A stretch of DNA of 64,000 nt from Utricularia gibba (lineage: Eukaryota; Plantae; Magnoliophyta): NCBI GenBank assembly GCA_002189035.1, contig NEEC01000014.1, positions 2,294,001-2,358,000 on the forward strand. Direction: 5' to 3'. Made by a program: the position numbers and the translations under genes. Numbering within the stretch: the stretch's first letter is position 1; each line of letters opens with the position of its first letter. A model generated the notes under the pieces. It was not told where the DNA came from, ran no database searches, and saw only the letters and a program-made list of their open reading frames with translations. This document shows, piece by piece, positions 47,128-59,800 of this stretch.

Positions 47128-50100
47128 TCCCCCCTTCTTCTAGCAGATTTATCCTTGAATCATCACCATCTACATCACAAGGAATCAAGTCAGCAATATT
47201 GAACGTGGAGTGCACTAAAATCTCACCTGAAAGTTCAATATTATAAGCATTATCATTGATTTTTTCAATGATTTGAAAGGGTCCATCTCCTCTGGGTGAA
47301 AGCTTTGAATGCTTTTTGCTTGGAAATCTTTTCTTTCGAAAATGTACCCAAACCCAATCTCCTGGTTGTAGAGTAACTTTTTTCCTATGTTTATTTGCTT
47401 TAGCTGCACACTACATGTTTTTGTCTTCCAATTGATTTCGAACCTTTTCATGTAGTGTTCTGATGGCATTTGCTCTCTTAGCACCATCAAAACTACGAAA
47501 TTCATCATATGGCAAGGGCAACAAGTCTATAGGTGCACGAGGATTAAAACCATACACAATTTCAAAAGGAGAACAATGAGTAGAAGAATGTATTGCTCTA
47601 TTATATGCAAACTCAACATGAGGTAAGCAATCTTCTTATGTTCTAATGTTCTTTTTTATGATGGCACGAAGTACGGTAGCTAGGGTTTGGTTTGTTACCT
47701 CGGTTTGTCCATCAGTTTGGGGATGACAAGTGGTAGAGAAAATAAGTTTTGTTTCCAACTTACTCCAAAATGTACGCCAAAAGTGGCTAAGAAACTTTGT
47801 GTCACGATCACTTACAATGGTAAGTGGCATACCATGAAGCCTAACAATCTCCCTGAAGAATAAATCGGCAATATGCGAATCATCATCAGTTTTGTGACAA
47901 GGAATTAAATGTGCCATCTTGGAGAACCTATCCACGACTACAAATATTGAATCCTTTTCCCTTTGAGTCCTTGGTAATTTTAAAACAAAATCCATAGAAA
48001 GGTCAATCTAAGGGTAAAGAGGAGTAGGAAGAGGAGTGTACAATCCTTAAAAAATTGATTTTGATTTGGCTTTCTTGCACACCAAACATCTTCCACAGAT
48101 TATTTCCACTTTTTTTTCATGTGTGGCCAATAGAAGTGTTGTTGAAGCATGTCCAACGTCTTGATGATCCCAAAATGCCCCATTAGACCACCACCATGAG
48201 CTTCTTTCACTAAAAACTCACGAATTGAACATTGAAGAATACATAATCTATTATTTTTTAAAAGAAAATCATCTTGCCTATGGAAGTTTTCAAGAAGTTT
48301 ATGTTCACATGCAAGATAAATATCTTTAAAATCATGATCAAGATTATAAAATTCTTTTATCATTGACAATTCAAGAATTTGAGCATCAAGAGTAGCTAAA
48401 AGTGTGTGCTTTCGTGACAATGCATCTGCTACAATATTCTCTTTACCTTTCTTGTATTTTATAATATAAAGAAAGGTATCGATAAACTCCACCCATTTTG
48501 CATGTCTTCTATTGAGATTTTTTTTACTCTTAACATGCTTCAAACTTTTGTGATCTGTATGGATAACAAACTATTTGTGCCAAAGATAATGTTTCCAAGT
48601 TTCAAGTGCTCTAATCAATGAGTGCAACTCCTTATCATAAGTTGGGTAATTTAGTGTAGCTCCACCTAATTTTTCACTGAAATAGGCAATAGGTCGACCT
48701 CCTTGAATGAGAACAGCACCTATTCCAACTCCAGAAGTATCGCATTCAATTTCAAATGTGTTAGAGAAATCAGGTAATGCAAGTAAATGAGCTAAGCTAA
48801 GCTTATCCTTAAGTGTCTTGAAAGCATGTTCTTGTCTCCCCACCAAAATTGCACATTTTTCTTCACAACCTTGTTCAATGATGCAGCAATTGTGCTAAAA
48901 TCTTTTACAAAACGACGGTAGAAGCTAGCCAATCCATGGAAATTGCGCACTTCTCCAATTGTAGTAGGAGTTGGCCATTCTCTAATTGTTTTCACCTTTT
49001 CTTCATCTACTAAAATACCTATATCACTTACAATATAGCCAAGAAAGAGATTTTGTTTGTGCAAAAGTCGCACTTTTTTATATTAGCATACAAACACTCT
49101 TTTCTCAAAACAACCAACACCTCACGTAAATGACATGTATGTTCATCTAGTGTCTTACTATACACAAGAATATCATCAAAGTAAATAATAACAAATCTAC
49201 TAAGAAAGGGACCCAATACATGATTCATCAATCTCATGAAAGTACTATGTGCATTAGTCAACCCAAAAGGCATAACTAACCATTCAAATAAACCAAACTT
49301 AGTTTTGAAAGCACCCTTCCATTCATCCCCCTTTCTCATCCTAATTTGATCATATCCACTACGTAAATCAATCTTAGAGAAAATGCATGATCCATGTAAT
49401 TCATCTAACATATCATCAAGCATAGGTATAGGATGACTGTACTTAACCGTTATTTGGTTGATGGCTCTACAATCAGTGCACATTCTCCATGTTCCATCAT
49501 GTTTTGGCATCAATAACACTGGAACTAAGCATGGACTAACACTCTCCCTCACCAACCCCTTAGCCATGAGTTCTTCCACTTGGCGTTGGATTTCTTTGGT
49601 TTCATCAGGGTTGGCTCTATACGCAGCTCAGTTTGGGATTTGAGCACCATGAATGAAATCAATTTGATGTTCTATTCCTCGGTATGGTGGTAATCCAAGC
49701 AATTCTTCTGGAAAAACATCATTGAATTCCTGCAAAACAAATTTAATGCAAGTAGGAAGATCCTCTTGTGATTTAGAGTTGTGTGATAAAGACTCTTTAA
49801 ACAAGAACAAAAGAAAGAGATTTCTGACATGTAACACTCTTTTCACATCACTCATTCTTGCAACAAGGCATTCCACTTCTTTTTTCCTCACAACTCATTC
49901 ATTCACGTCTTTCTTTTCACTCTCTTTTTTAGATGTTCTTTTCGTTTCTCTTGATATCTTTGTTTTCTCTCCCAAGCTCTCATCCCTCGAATCACCAAAG
50001 GATTTGATAGCAGCAGCAATCTTAACTTGATTCTCGTGTGCCGCTTTTAGAGATAAAGGCACCAATGTGATTGGTTTTACTTTCATAGAAAATGAATAAT

Positions 50101-52411
50101 TGTTAGTATAGCCATTATGGATCACCTTCCTATCGTATTGCCACGGCTTTCCCAAGAGTATGTGTCCAGCATGCATGGGCACTACATCACAAAGAACCTT
50201 ATCCTGATACTTTCCAATTTGGGAAGCAACAAGAACTTGTTTATTGATCTTTAATTCACTCCCTTCGTTCAACCATTGAAGCCTGTAGGGATTTGGATGT
50301 TTAAGAATAGGAAGATGGAGTTTATCCACCATGAGAGTACTAGCAACGTTTGTGCAACTACCTCCATCAATTATTAGGCTACAAACTTTCTTATTCACAA
50401 AGCAACGTGTATGGAATAAGTTTTCTCGTTGCTCCTCCATTGGCTTAGCATTCATGGCTAAAGTTTTTCTTGTTACTAAACTTTAGCCAATAACAGGTTG
50501 TTGTTCCCCATCATCTATCTCCTGTACTTCACTTCCACTTTCACACTCAACTTCAAATTCAACATCTCCAGAGTCCCTTAGAATCATAGTCCTTTTGTTT
50601 GAGCATTCTCAAGCAATATGACCATGGCCAAGACATTTGAAACACTTGATATTTCGTGTTTGTCCAGAAGACTTAAATCCTCCATCCTGGTTTCGAGTAT
50701 CTGCAGTGCCCTCTTTCATCAGTCCAAACTTAGTTGATTTCCCAAATGAAGTATAATTTGGTTTCTTCTCCTTACTTATAGCAACATTCCACGAGGTAGA
50801 AGGTTTTGGATGGTCTCTATGTTGTTCTTTAGACTTTAGTTGTTTCTCAATCTTTATTGCAACATGCAACATGTCTTCAATCTTTATGTTGTTCCTTAGA
50901 CTTTAGAGATTTCCTTGTTTAAACCATAGAAGAATCTTGTCATTGTAACTTCCCTATCCTCAATTATATTGGCTCGAATCATTAATACCTCCATTTCTTG
51001 CCAATATTCTTCCACGGTTTTGCTCCCTTGGTGAGCTTCTACAAGTTTTGGTGTTGATCTCTTTGGTAGTGGCTGGGAATGAACCTTTTTCTCATGATCC
51101 TGTTCAATTCAGCCCAAGTATGAATTGGTTCTTTATCATTTCGTCTTCTGTTGAGTACTACTTTATCCCACCAAGTTATGGCATATTCTGTAAACTCAAC
51201 AACAGCAAGTTTGATCTTCTTGGCTTCAGAATAGTTGTGACAATCAAACACATGCTCCACACGAGTCTCCCATTCCAAGTAGGCATTTGGATCGTTTTTC
51301 CCTTGAAAAGAAGGAATTTTCATCTTGATGTTATCAAATTCCTTATATTCACGTGTGTGTCTACCCTTGGGTCTTTCATCATATCTCACACCATGATTTG
51401 ATCTTCAATTTCTTTGAAATCTTCGTTCTATATCATCACCACCAGATGAATCATACGCATCAGGGATGTTATTGTTTCTCCTTTGTTTACCATACTTTAC
51501 CTCTTCAGCCTCAGATTCCGAATCTTTTTCTTGTTGAGAATTCCTTCTGCTATGGTGTGTTGGAACTCTTGTTCTTCCATGGGAGACACTATCCTCTTCT
51601 TGCTTTTTGATGTTTTTGAGAGATTAATTATGATCCTCTAGTTTGATGTGGATTTATTCCATGCATCTTTGCAATCTTCTGAACTCACTTTACATTGCAT
51701 TAAGTACAAAACGAACATCCATAACATTTGATTCTTTTGCAGGGTTATTAGAGCTCGACGTCCTACTACAAGAGAAAAGTGTAGACAAAAAGAAGGAAAG
51801 AGAGAATTTCCAAATCTCAAGTCCTCTAGAACTTTAAGACTCAATAAGCCTTAAATGATCTATCTAAGTGTGGTTTAAAGAGATAATGGTGGTTAGAATA
51901 ATGAGTGGGATAAAGAAAGCAACAATATAAGACTTGGTGATGGTAATAGTAATAATGGTTAAGTAAGAGTAGAAATGGAAAGATAGAATGTAAATTATTG
52001 TGATTAGCACCAAAAGAGGTAAGTGGACAATTGAAAAGAGTTAAAATGGAATAGAAATAGGACAATAGACAAAAATGTATAATATTGACTTTTCTTTTGT
52101 TTGGTAAATAAAAAATTCAATAGATTCAAATGACTAACTTTTTTTAACTTTTCTTGTGTGTGAAAAGTTGAAAATTCAGCTGCTAACTTTCTTTCTCCCT
52201 TCAACACGTTTTTTTTTCCTTTATGCAACAGTCCAAAAGAAAAAAATGGAAGAAACAAAGATAAGAAACCCCCCTTGGTTTTTTTTTTTCAGAAGAAGAG
52301 ATGAGCAAAAGACAAGATAACTAAATCAAGATAGATCTGGACTAGTTTCTAGGTTTTTTTTTTTAGAACGAAACCAAAACAAGATAAATAGGAGATAAAG
52401 AAGAGAAAGAT

Positions 52412-52425
52412 TGGCTCTGATACCA
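52412..52425 (-). promoter_or_regulatory. Primer-binding site complementary to tRNA-iMet
   Basis: Minus strand TGGTATCAGAGCCA. Confidence 0.92.
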
Positions 52426-52427
52426 CC

Positions 52428-52996
52428 TGATACGATCCTCCAATCAACAAGTGATTGCACAAACAAGATCTTAGTTGAAAAGAAGCAATCCTTCAAAAAA
52501 AATAAGTTGGCCCTCAAGGATTGAAAGATCCTTGTAATCCAAATTATAAACTGGTACCACACTCACATAATCAATGAATGAATTGAGAGTGATAAACCAC
52601 ACACTAGATATCACAACCAAGGCTTGATAAATCTACGTTCTACAAGAACTCAAGGATGGAGAATAGCTCTCAAAAGTGATTACAATCAAAGTTGTTTAAA
52701 ACATGAGTAAGATCTTCTTAAATAGATGAAGAATTGGGATTTATTAGAGAAAAAATAGTAATAATAATGTATTTAGTAGTAATGGATATTCTCTAATCAA
52801 GTTGATATACTTTGAGAATGTTGAATTCTATGCTCAATACTTTATAACTTGGTTGATTGGCCCATAAGCTATTAAGCACTTCTTGATTCTTTTTGCTCTT
52901 AATCTAGTGATTAGTTCAATTGAAATCAATGAAATATTATTGATCTTGTGTACTTTATTTTCGTTAAAATAATCTATAACATAAATGATCTCATCA
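52428..52996 (-). repeat. 5' LTR (569 bp)
   Basis: Aligns end to end with 46560-47127; PBS lies 2 nt inside. Confidence 0.92.
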
Positions 52997-54360
52997 AATA
53001 CGAACATCTAAAGCCAATGCGTGTTGGGTGTCTCTTCAGTTGGATCCACAGCCAACATTAAATTGACATAAACACTCTGTACTTTCTGGTTTTAAAACAG
53101 GAAACCTGGATCTATAGTGTCGTGACTGGTGGATGCATGCCCAGTGCGGTATCCATATTAAATGGGTAAAACTATCCAAAGTCAATTCCAAGCTGCCAGG
53201 GAAGAACATGTACTAAAACTGCTGGCAGGTGCAGCCTGCACTAGTTTTTGTTTTTTTTTACTTTTGTTCAGGAAGTCAATTTGTTGGATATTTTTGAGAT
53301 GGTCGGTTTGCATTCCATCCCACGAAAGTGTACAGTTTCATCGTCCTGTATGGAATAACCGAGACACTGTTGGGTAGTTCGTTCTCTGTGCTTACATTAC
53401 TCTATGGTGGCCGGCGATGGAAGGAAAGAAGGCTGAATTGGTCAAGATCCTAAACCCGAGTTGAATTTCAGTAAACGACACCATCCCTGGGGTGCTGAGT
53501 TTGTCAACGCATCATCTTCCAGCCACTCAGAAACATGGTTTTCTGTGCTCCAAAAACTTGGCTGTTGATGAGGGAGGAGTGTGACCTCAGAGGTTGGTTA
53601 TGCTGCTACACAATGAGAGGATTGTTGGTACCAAACTCCCAGCCCGCCCCCGGGGCATCAAAGCATACAAAGCGCCTTTGTGCCGGAACCCCTAGACAAA
53701 GCGACAAATCCCACGCTCACTGACGTGTCTGAACCCCAGATTCGGCGGACACGTTTGCGTAAACTTCACACATGTTGTATATCAAACCTCAGCTACCACT
53801 GCCCGTATCGGTATCGCCATCCTCCTCCCAGTACATTCGTCACGTTTAGTGGGCGCCCTCAACCACCTTTCTTCGTTAAATGTCAAAAAGAGGAGATTTT
53901 GATTAAGAAACCTGATTTAATCGATCTGGGTTGCGGTCCTTGGGGTGAAAGGAGTTAGTTTGGGTGTTGTTTCCTTGTTGGAAAACTGGGCAGTCATGCG
54001 ATGTAAATGACATGGCTAATGTTTATGGCTAATTTTTGTTGTGTTTCGACAAGCCCATCCTCCCTCACGTGACCTGGTTTAGCTCTTTCTCACCTAATTC
54101 TTCCCTGGAAGATGTAATAACACATACACAATGCCCTTTGTCTTCGAGAATGATCCATGCTTGGAAAATGTCTAGCCTTCTCTCCAAAAGGTTAGCTGTG
54201 TAGGCATTGTAGGGGTTTTGGTTTTCTTTAATAGTGATCACAATATGAGAAGGTGGTATTGAGGAGGACATGGTATCGTCTGTACGTCACGCCATAAAAT
54301 GAAAAGCTGTTTCCACGCAACACCAGTGACATAACTCACTCAAAGGGGCACCCTCTCCTG

Positions 54361-54370
54361 TATATAAACC
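54361..54370 (+). promoter_or_regulatory. TATA box of the SWEET gene
   Basis: TATATAAACC 140 nt upstream of the ATG, followed by a pyrimidine-rich leader. Confidence 0.65.
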
Positions 54371-54500
54371 ACCTTCTCCATCTCATTCTCCATTACTTTC
54401 ATTTCTCCCTTTCCAGAGAGATCGAAGCTGCTAAGAAGACCAGGGCTTTCGGGTTTCGCCGGGATACCTGTTTCTTTCTCTCTGCAGCTTCTCCTCTACA

Positions 54501-55820
54501 ATGGCCATCTTTGATGTTCATCACCCTTTGGCTCTTACCTTTGGGATTCTCGGTACGCATCATGTGCTGAACACAGCAGCAGATACCGCTCACGCCACCC
54601 TATGGATTCTTTCCTGTCTGCTTTGCTTCTTTCCAATGCTGTGGGTTGTCTGACACCGGTTTTCTTTCTTGTGTAGGTAACCTTATATCACTAATGGTGT
54701 ACTTTGCTCCGGTGTAAGCATCGATCCCAGCCTTTCTTCCAGCTTTTTGATCGAACAAACATTTCAATGAACGTTTTATTTTTTTTCTAAGCACTGAGCT
54801 CGATCTTTTCTCTCCCATCTTCCATTTCCATTTGCTGATGCCATGTTTCGAAGTGCAGGCCTACATTTGTGACAATATACAAGAGCAAGTCTACCATGGG
54901 ATTCGACTCGCTCCCATACGCAGTTGCCCTTTTCTCAGCGATGTTATGGATGTACTACGCCTTCCTCAAACCAAACTCCATCATGCTTATCACCATCAAC
55001 TCCTTTGGATGCTTCATTGAGTCTCTCTACCTGTCTCTTTTCCTCTTCTATGCGTCCAAGAAAGCACGGGTAATCCTTGTTTCGAGATATCAGACATGGA
55101 TGAGCTTGTTTAAAGTGTTGTTACAGAAATGGTGTTGGTGCAGGCTCAAGCCTTGAGGATACTTGGCCTCATGAACCTGGGGCTTTCAGCTCTCATCTTC
55201 GCCTTCACTTACTTCATATTTAAGGGTGAAATCCGGATCCAGGTTGTGGGTTGGATCTGTGTCGTCTTCTCTGTCAGCGTCTTCGCTGCACCTTTACGAA
55301 TTGTGGTAAGTTTGGGCACTTCAGCAATACATAATTAGAAAACACCCAAAACATCTGCTTCCATGCGTTGCAGGTTCAAGTGGTTCGAACGCGGAGTGTG
55401 GAGTTCATGCCATTGCCTCTGTCCATCTGCTTGACTTTAACTGCAATCGTTTGGTTCTGCTACGGATTTTTTCAACATGATTTCTGCGTCGCCGTAAGCG
55501 TTACCAGTTCCCAAAAGCAAGCTCCTTTATTTCCCAATTCTACCTGTTGCATTCATCCTCCTCCGGCACTGTAGATCCCGAACGTGGTGGGCTTCTTTCT
55601 GGGGATGATGCAGATGATCCTCTACGCCGTCTACCGCCGCGCGAAGCCTCGGAAGGAGGGAGAACAGAAGCTACCGGAGCTAACCAACGTAACAACAACT
55701 CTCCCGCCTCCAGAACCCCAGGATCACCAGCCACCATCTGGAAACTGCACCTGCCAGCATCCTCCTCCTCCTCCTCCGGTCGCCCCCCACGACGACGCGC
55801 CGACGGCAGCCGTCGTTTGA
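54501..55820 (+). CDS. SWEET: Clade III SWEET sugar (sucrose) transporter
   Basis: Canonical six-exon structure with [17 protein letters not shown]|[12 protein letters not shown]|VPTF...[26 protein letters not shown]|[13 protein letters not shown] and IPNVVGF. Confidence 0.93.
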
Positions 55821-56828
55821 TAAAGCAGCTACAGGTTAAGTTACAATAACCCTTTTCGCCATGGGAAGCTTAAGGAGGAAGAGGAAGAGATGACGAGGTT
55901 AGGATGGAGGAGTTAACATGGATGTGCGTTTTTACATTTCGAATAAAAAAGTGTGAAGGTACGGACATGCACAACCGTTAGACCTAAATACATACCATGG
56001 ATTTTGGATCAATTTTATTTCTTTTTAATTGATCCAATAATAATAACGAAATTGCAATTATGTTTTTCTTTCAAAATAATTCATAATTTATGAAGAGGAA
56101 AACAACGAGAGAAATATATTAGTAATATAATTTAAAAATTGTATAAGATAGATATCGTTCAAATTTTATAATTTTATTTAAATATATTTAATTATTTTAT
56201 CTTTAAAAATAAAAAAAATTACTGAATAAAATATTAAAAGTGGAAGTATTCCAATCAAATTTTCAATACAATTTTCATAAAAAATAAAATCAAGAGAAAA
56301 AATATTTGAACCAATCCGAATTCTAGGTAAGAAATATTTCAGACTTTAAAAAAAAAAAACAGAATAATGAAAGTGTATAGACCGGGCCGGGCCGGATTGG
56401 ATATTCCGGTGATGGCCCAGAGGCCCGAAAAATGGAAGTATACAAGTAACCTGTGACAGCAGCCGCGTATTTCACCAATCTCCCGAAATCCAGCGTTTGG
56501 GAACCGCGGGCGGAAATTCTTAGCGATCTCAGGTTTCGAAGAACACGTTTGGGGAAAATCCACGATCAAAAGTAGAACCACCATATCTGAACCGCGAGGA
56601 GAAACTGGATCTCTATTTGATGATCCAAGCGATCAATTTCAGCTATAAACCCTTGCAATATTCGTCGAGTTTTCGGAATCTCCACGGTGTATATCGCGAA
56701 TCGAGCCACGATTGCTTCGCTCTTTGTTTTTTTTTTCTTCCCTAATTTTGTGTTTGGGAATCGAATCGTAATTATCTGGAACTGAACTCTGGATATCGGT
56801 GATTGGAATCGACATCCTGGGTGCGTAT

Positions 56829-59800
56829 ATGGAAATTAATTCCAAGGTGCAGCAGCGGCTGGCGAGATTTGAGGGACACGACGTTAAGGAAGGTGAGATC
56901 TCTGCCGCAGGAATGGCGGAAGACGTTGTTAGTAGCGAGCGACCGCATAATCCCACGGTGGCGTTGTGGAGAAGTAGTGCTAATTCGAATAGTGTAAATT
57001 CCGTAAGTAATAATGCTGGTGGTGCTAGTGGGGCTAGGGTTTTGTCGATGGCAGATCGGTACTCGTATCAGATTGCTCCCAAGGCTTTCTATTCGGGTTT
57101 CCATAATTTAGCGTGGATGCAGGCTGTGAAAAATATGTCACTGGGAGATGCTCTGGTGATGATGAAGGATGGTAATGACGAGAATGTGGTTTCGAATTCC
57201 GGGTCTGAAGGAACTGGTAGTGTAGAGAATGATGATGAGAAGGAAGAGGGTGAGCTAGAGGAGGGTGAAATTGACGGGGATTCTGAACTAGTAAGAGAAA
57301 ATCAGGACTTGGGTACTGATGAGGTGGAGAATGGAATGATAAAGATCAGCAAGCTTGTCGAAGATCTTAGACAAGAGCTGGCCAATCTAGAAATAGATAA
57401 CCAAGCAGAAAAGTAAGGGAGGGTATTTTTTGATTGTGGATTTTTTAATTGCTTGTCCAGGGTTCGAAACATCATGTCTTTGTGACTTTCCAGATCATTC
57501 GAAAAGATGTATTCGCGTGTGGAAGGCATGGTGATTTGCTTGCAAGAACACATTTTGGGGAGCCCTTTTGCTGGGAAAGACGCATATAATGAAGTTTTAG
57601 TGACTGCACTTGAGAAACTTTATTCAGTATGATCGACAACTGGACTAATAATACATTGCGTTCATGTGCATCTGGAGATGTTGATTTGTGTAGATATATA
57701 TTTTGTTTTCACAAAGACGTTTTAACTGCAGGTCTTTTGTTCCATGACGATGGAATTCAAAGAGCAGAGGAAATCCTCTTTCCTGAGGTTTGCATTTTCT
57801 CCTAAGCTTAGTCAATTGTTTGTCGAAGTACTGGGTGTTGAAGTATTTCACAAATCATCCCTGTTTACTTCCTGTAGATTGATTGGGCAGATTGCAAGCT
57901 TGGGGCCTCTCTTTTTATCTCCTCGACAGATGAAAGAGGTTCTGTCATACATATGACATTCATTTAGCCTTATTATTGTGTGGCCTAGCACATTAACCCT
58001 TGCCCCATTACATGTTTTTCTTTTCAGGTAGAGACTATTAGTTCTTCCGTTAATGTGGTTGCTGATTCTTCGGTGAACACTGCAAGCAATGGAAGAAGTC
58101 AGGGTTTGAAAACTGATATGAGTGGTTCTCATTTGTGGCATGAACAGACAAGTGATTTTTCGCTTCCAAAGCAAGGCGAAGAAGAAAATGTATCTTCCGA
58201 ATTATCATTTCAATCTGAGAGCTTTCCATCAGCATGTGGAAAATCCGGGCTCATAAAACCTAGGAATAGGGAATTGTCTCTTCCGTTGCTTGATATTCAC
58301 AAAGATCATGATGAAGATAGCCTTCCTTCCCCTACAAGAGTTTCTGATCCATTAGCTTCCAAAAAAGACTCTTTTCAGCCAAATGGTGTGAAACCTGAAT
58401 TGCTGATCATAAAGCAACGTCGTGACCAAGGGAAGTCTGTGGTTCATCCTTACGAGACTGAAGCTTTGAAAGCAGTTTCAAGTTATCAGCAAAAATTTGG
58501 CCCCAAGTCTTTTTATATGAGCGATAAGCTGCCTAGCCCCACCCCTTCTGAAGAGGGGGATTCAAAAGAGAATGGCGATGTTACTGAGGAAGTTTCTAGT
58601 TCTACTTTCCTTAAGGCTGGACTTTCAGGAAACGGCATACATCCAGACGCATCTCTTGCTTGTTCTCCTAAGATTTCTGATGGCAATTGTTGTACAGTTG
58701 ACAATACTCCGGTTCCTTCGCTTGCTGTTAAATCTGAGAAGCATGCATCCAGTTTTCCAATGAAAAGTCGAGATCCTAGGCGTCGATTGGCAAGCATGGA
58801 TGTCAGTGCTAGAAGTCTCACCAGCCCTTCTCTCGGAAGTTTTCCATCAAACGTATCACTAGGATTGCCTGTTTCAAAGAAACAGAATGCTTCTGAAGAT
58901 CTTGTTTTGGATGGTCCAGCTGCTAAGAGACAAAGGAATGATCTCTCAGGTCCTAAGACAACCCTCCCACTTGTAACTGGATCGTCAAACTTACCAGTAG
59001 TGACCCCAAGCAAGGTTCCGCCTGCCATTGGCCCAATTTTGTCACCATTAATGTCTCAGAGTGAGGTTGCAGTTGGCAATTCTAGTGAAACGCAACCTTT
59101 GCACACTCTTTTGAGAGAAATATCGGTCAATCCGTCTATGTGGAAGAATATTGTTAATATGAAAACCCAGTCAGCAACTTTGGATAGCATTAAGGGAGCA
59201 GCAACTTCCGGTAGCCCCTCCCAATTGGTGCCAGGGAGGATCCCTGAAGAAGTGACTCCAAATCCTCAGGAGGTTATCTTTCTTATTCAGTACTTTCTTG
59301 TATGACCAGATCTTGATGGATGTTTAGTCGAACTTATAACCTCTGTGACCTTCTTTCAGATCAATCTGCAGGGGACAGCAGAGAAAATTCGAATGAAGCC
59401 TCGTGATCCACGTCGTGCTCTTCATAACATTGGGTCTCAAAAGCCTGTCAATGTTGGACATGAAAATTCTAATGCGCCCACATGTTCTAGTTCAGTCACA
59501 GCTAGAACCTCCAGTTTCGTAAAGGCAGAGGACCAACTAGCAAAGACTATTGCGCCTTCTGGTGGTCTGAGACCACCTGATATTTCCAAGCAATTCATTA
59601 CTCATGTCAAAAACACTGTTGATGTGCTGCCTTCGCGTCTACCCACTGAACCTGGCACTGGCACTGGAAAATTGAAAAATGAAAAATATTCTACTTCTGA
59701 AGAAAGCATTCCTGTCAGCTCTCAACTACCGAATGCTAATGCATGGAATGACTTGGAGCATTTGTTTGAGGGATATAGTGATCAGCAGAAGGCTGCTATC

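Larger units (their letters stand above)
46560..52996 (-). mobile_element. Full-length degenerate Ty3/Gypsy chromovirus, CRM clade
   Basis: Two LTRs with TG...CA ends, a tRNA-iMet PBS and a PPT. Internal order gag (IPSFQGKNDPNAYLEW...FTEYAITWWD; CFKCLGHGHIA zinc knuckle), protease (LIIDGGSCTN), RT (YFDDILVYS), RNase H ([13 protein letters not shown]), integrase (SMDFV...[10 protein letters not shown]; HPQTDGQTE). Many stops and frameshifts. Confidence 0.95.

Noticed and set aside
53480-53640. Weak resemblance to trehalose-phosphate synthase (WFS...KLG...E.GY) or integrase (LWWPAM) motifs
   Set aside because: Only a few scattered residues match across interrupted frames.
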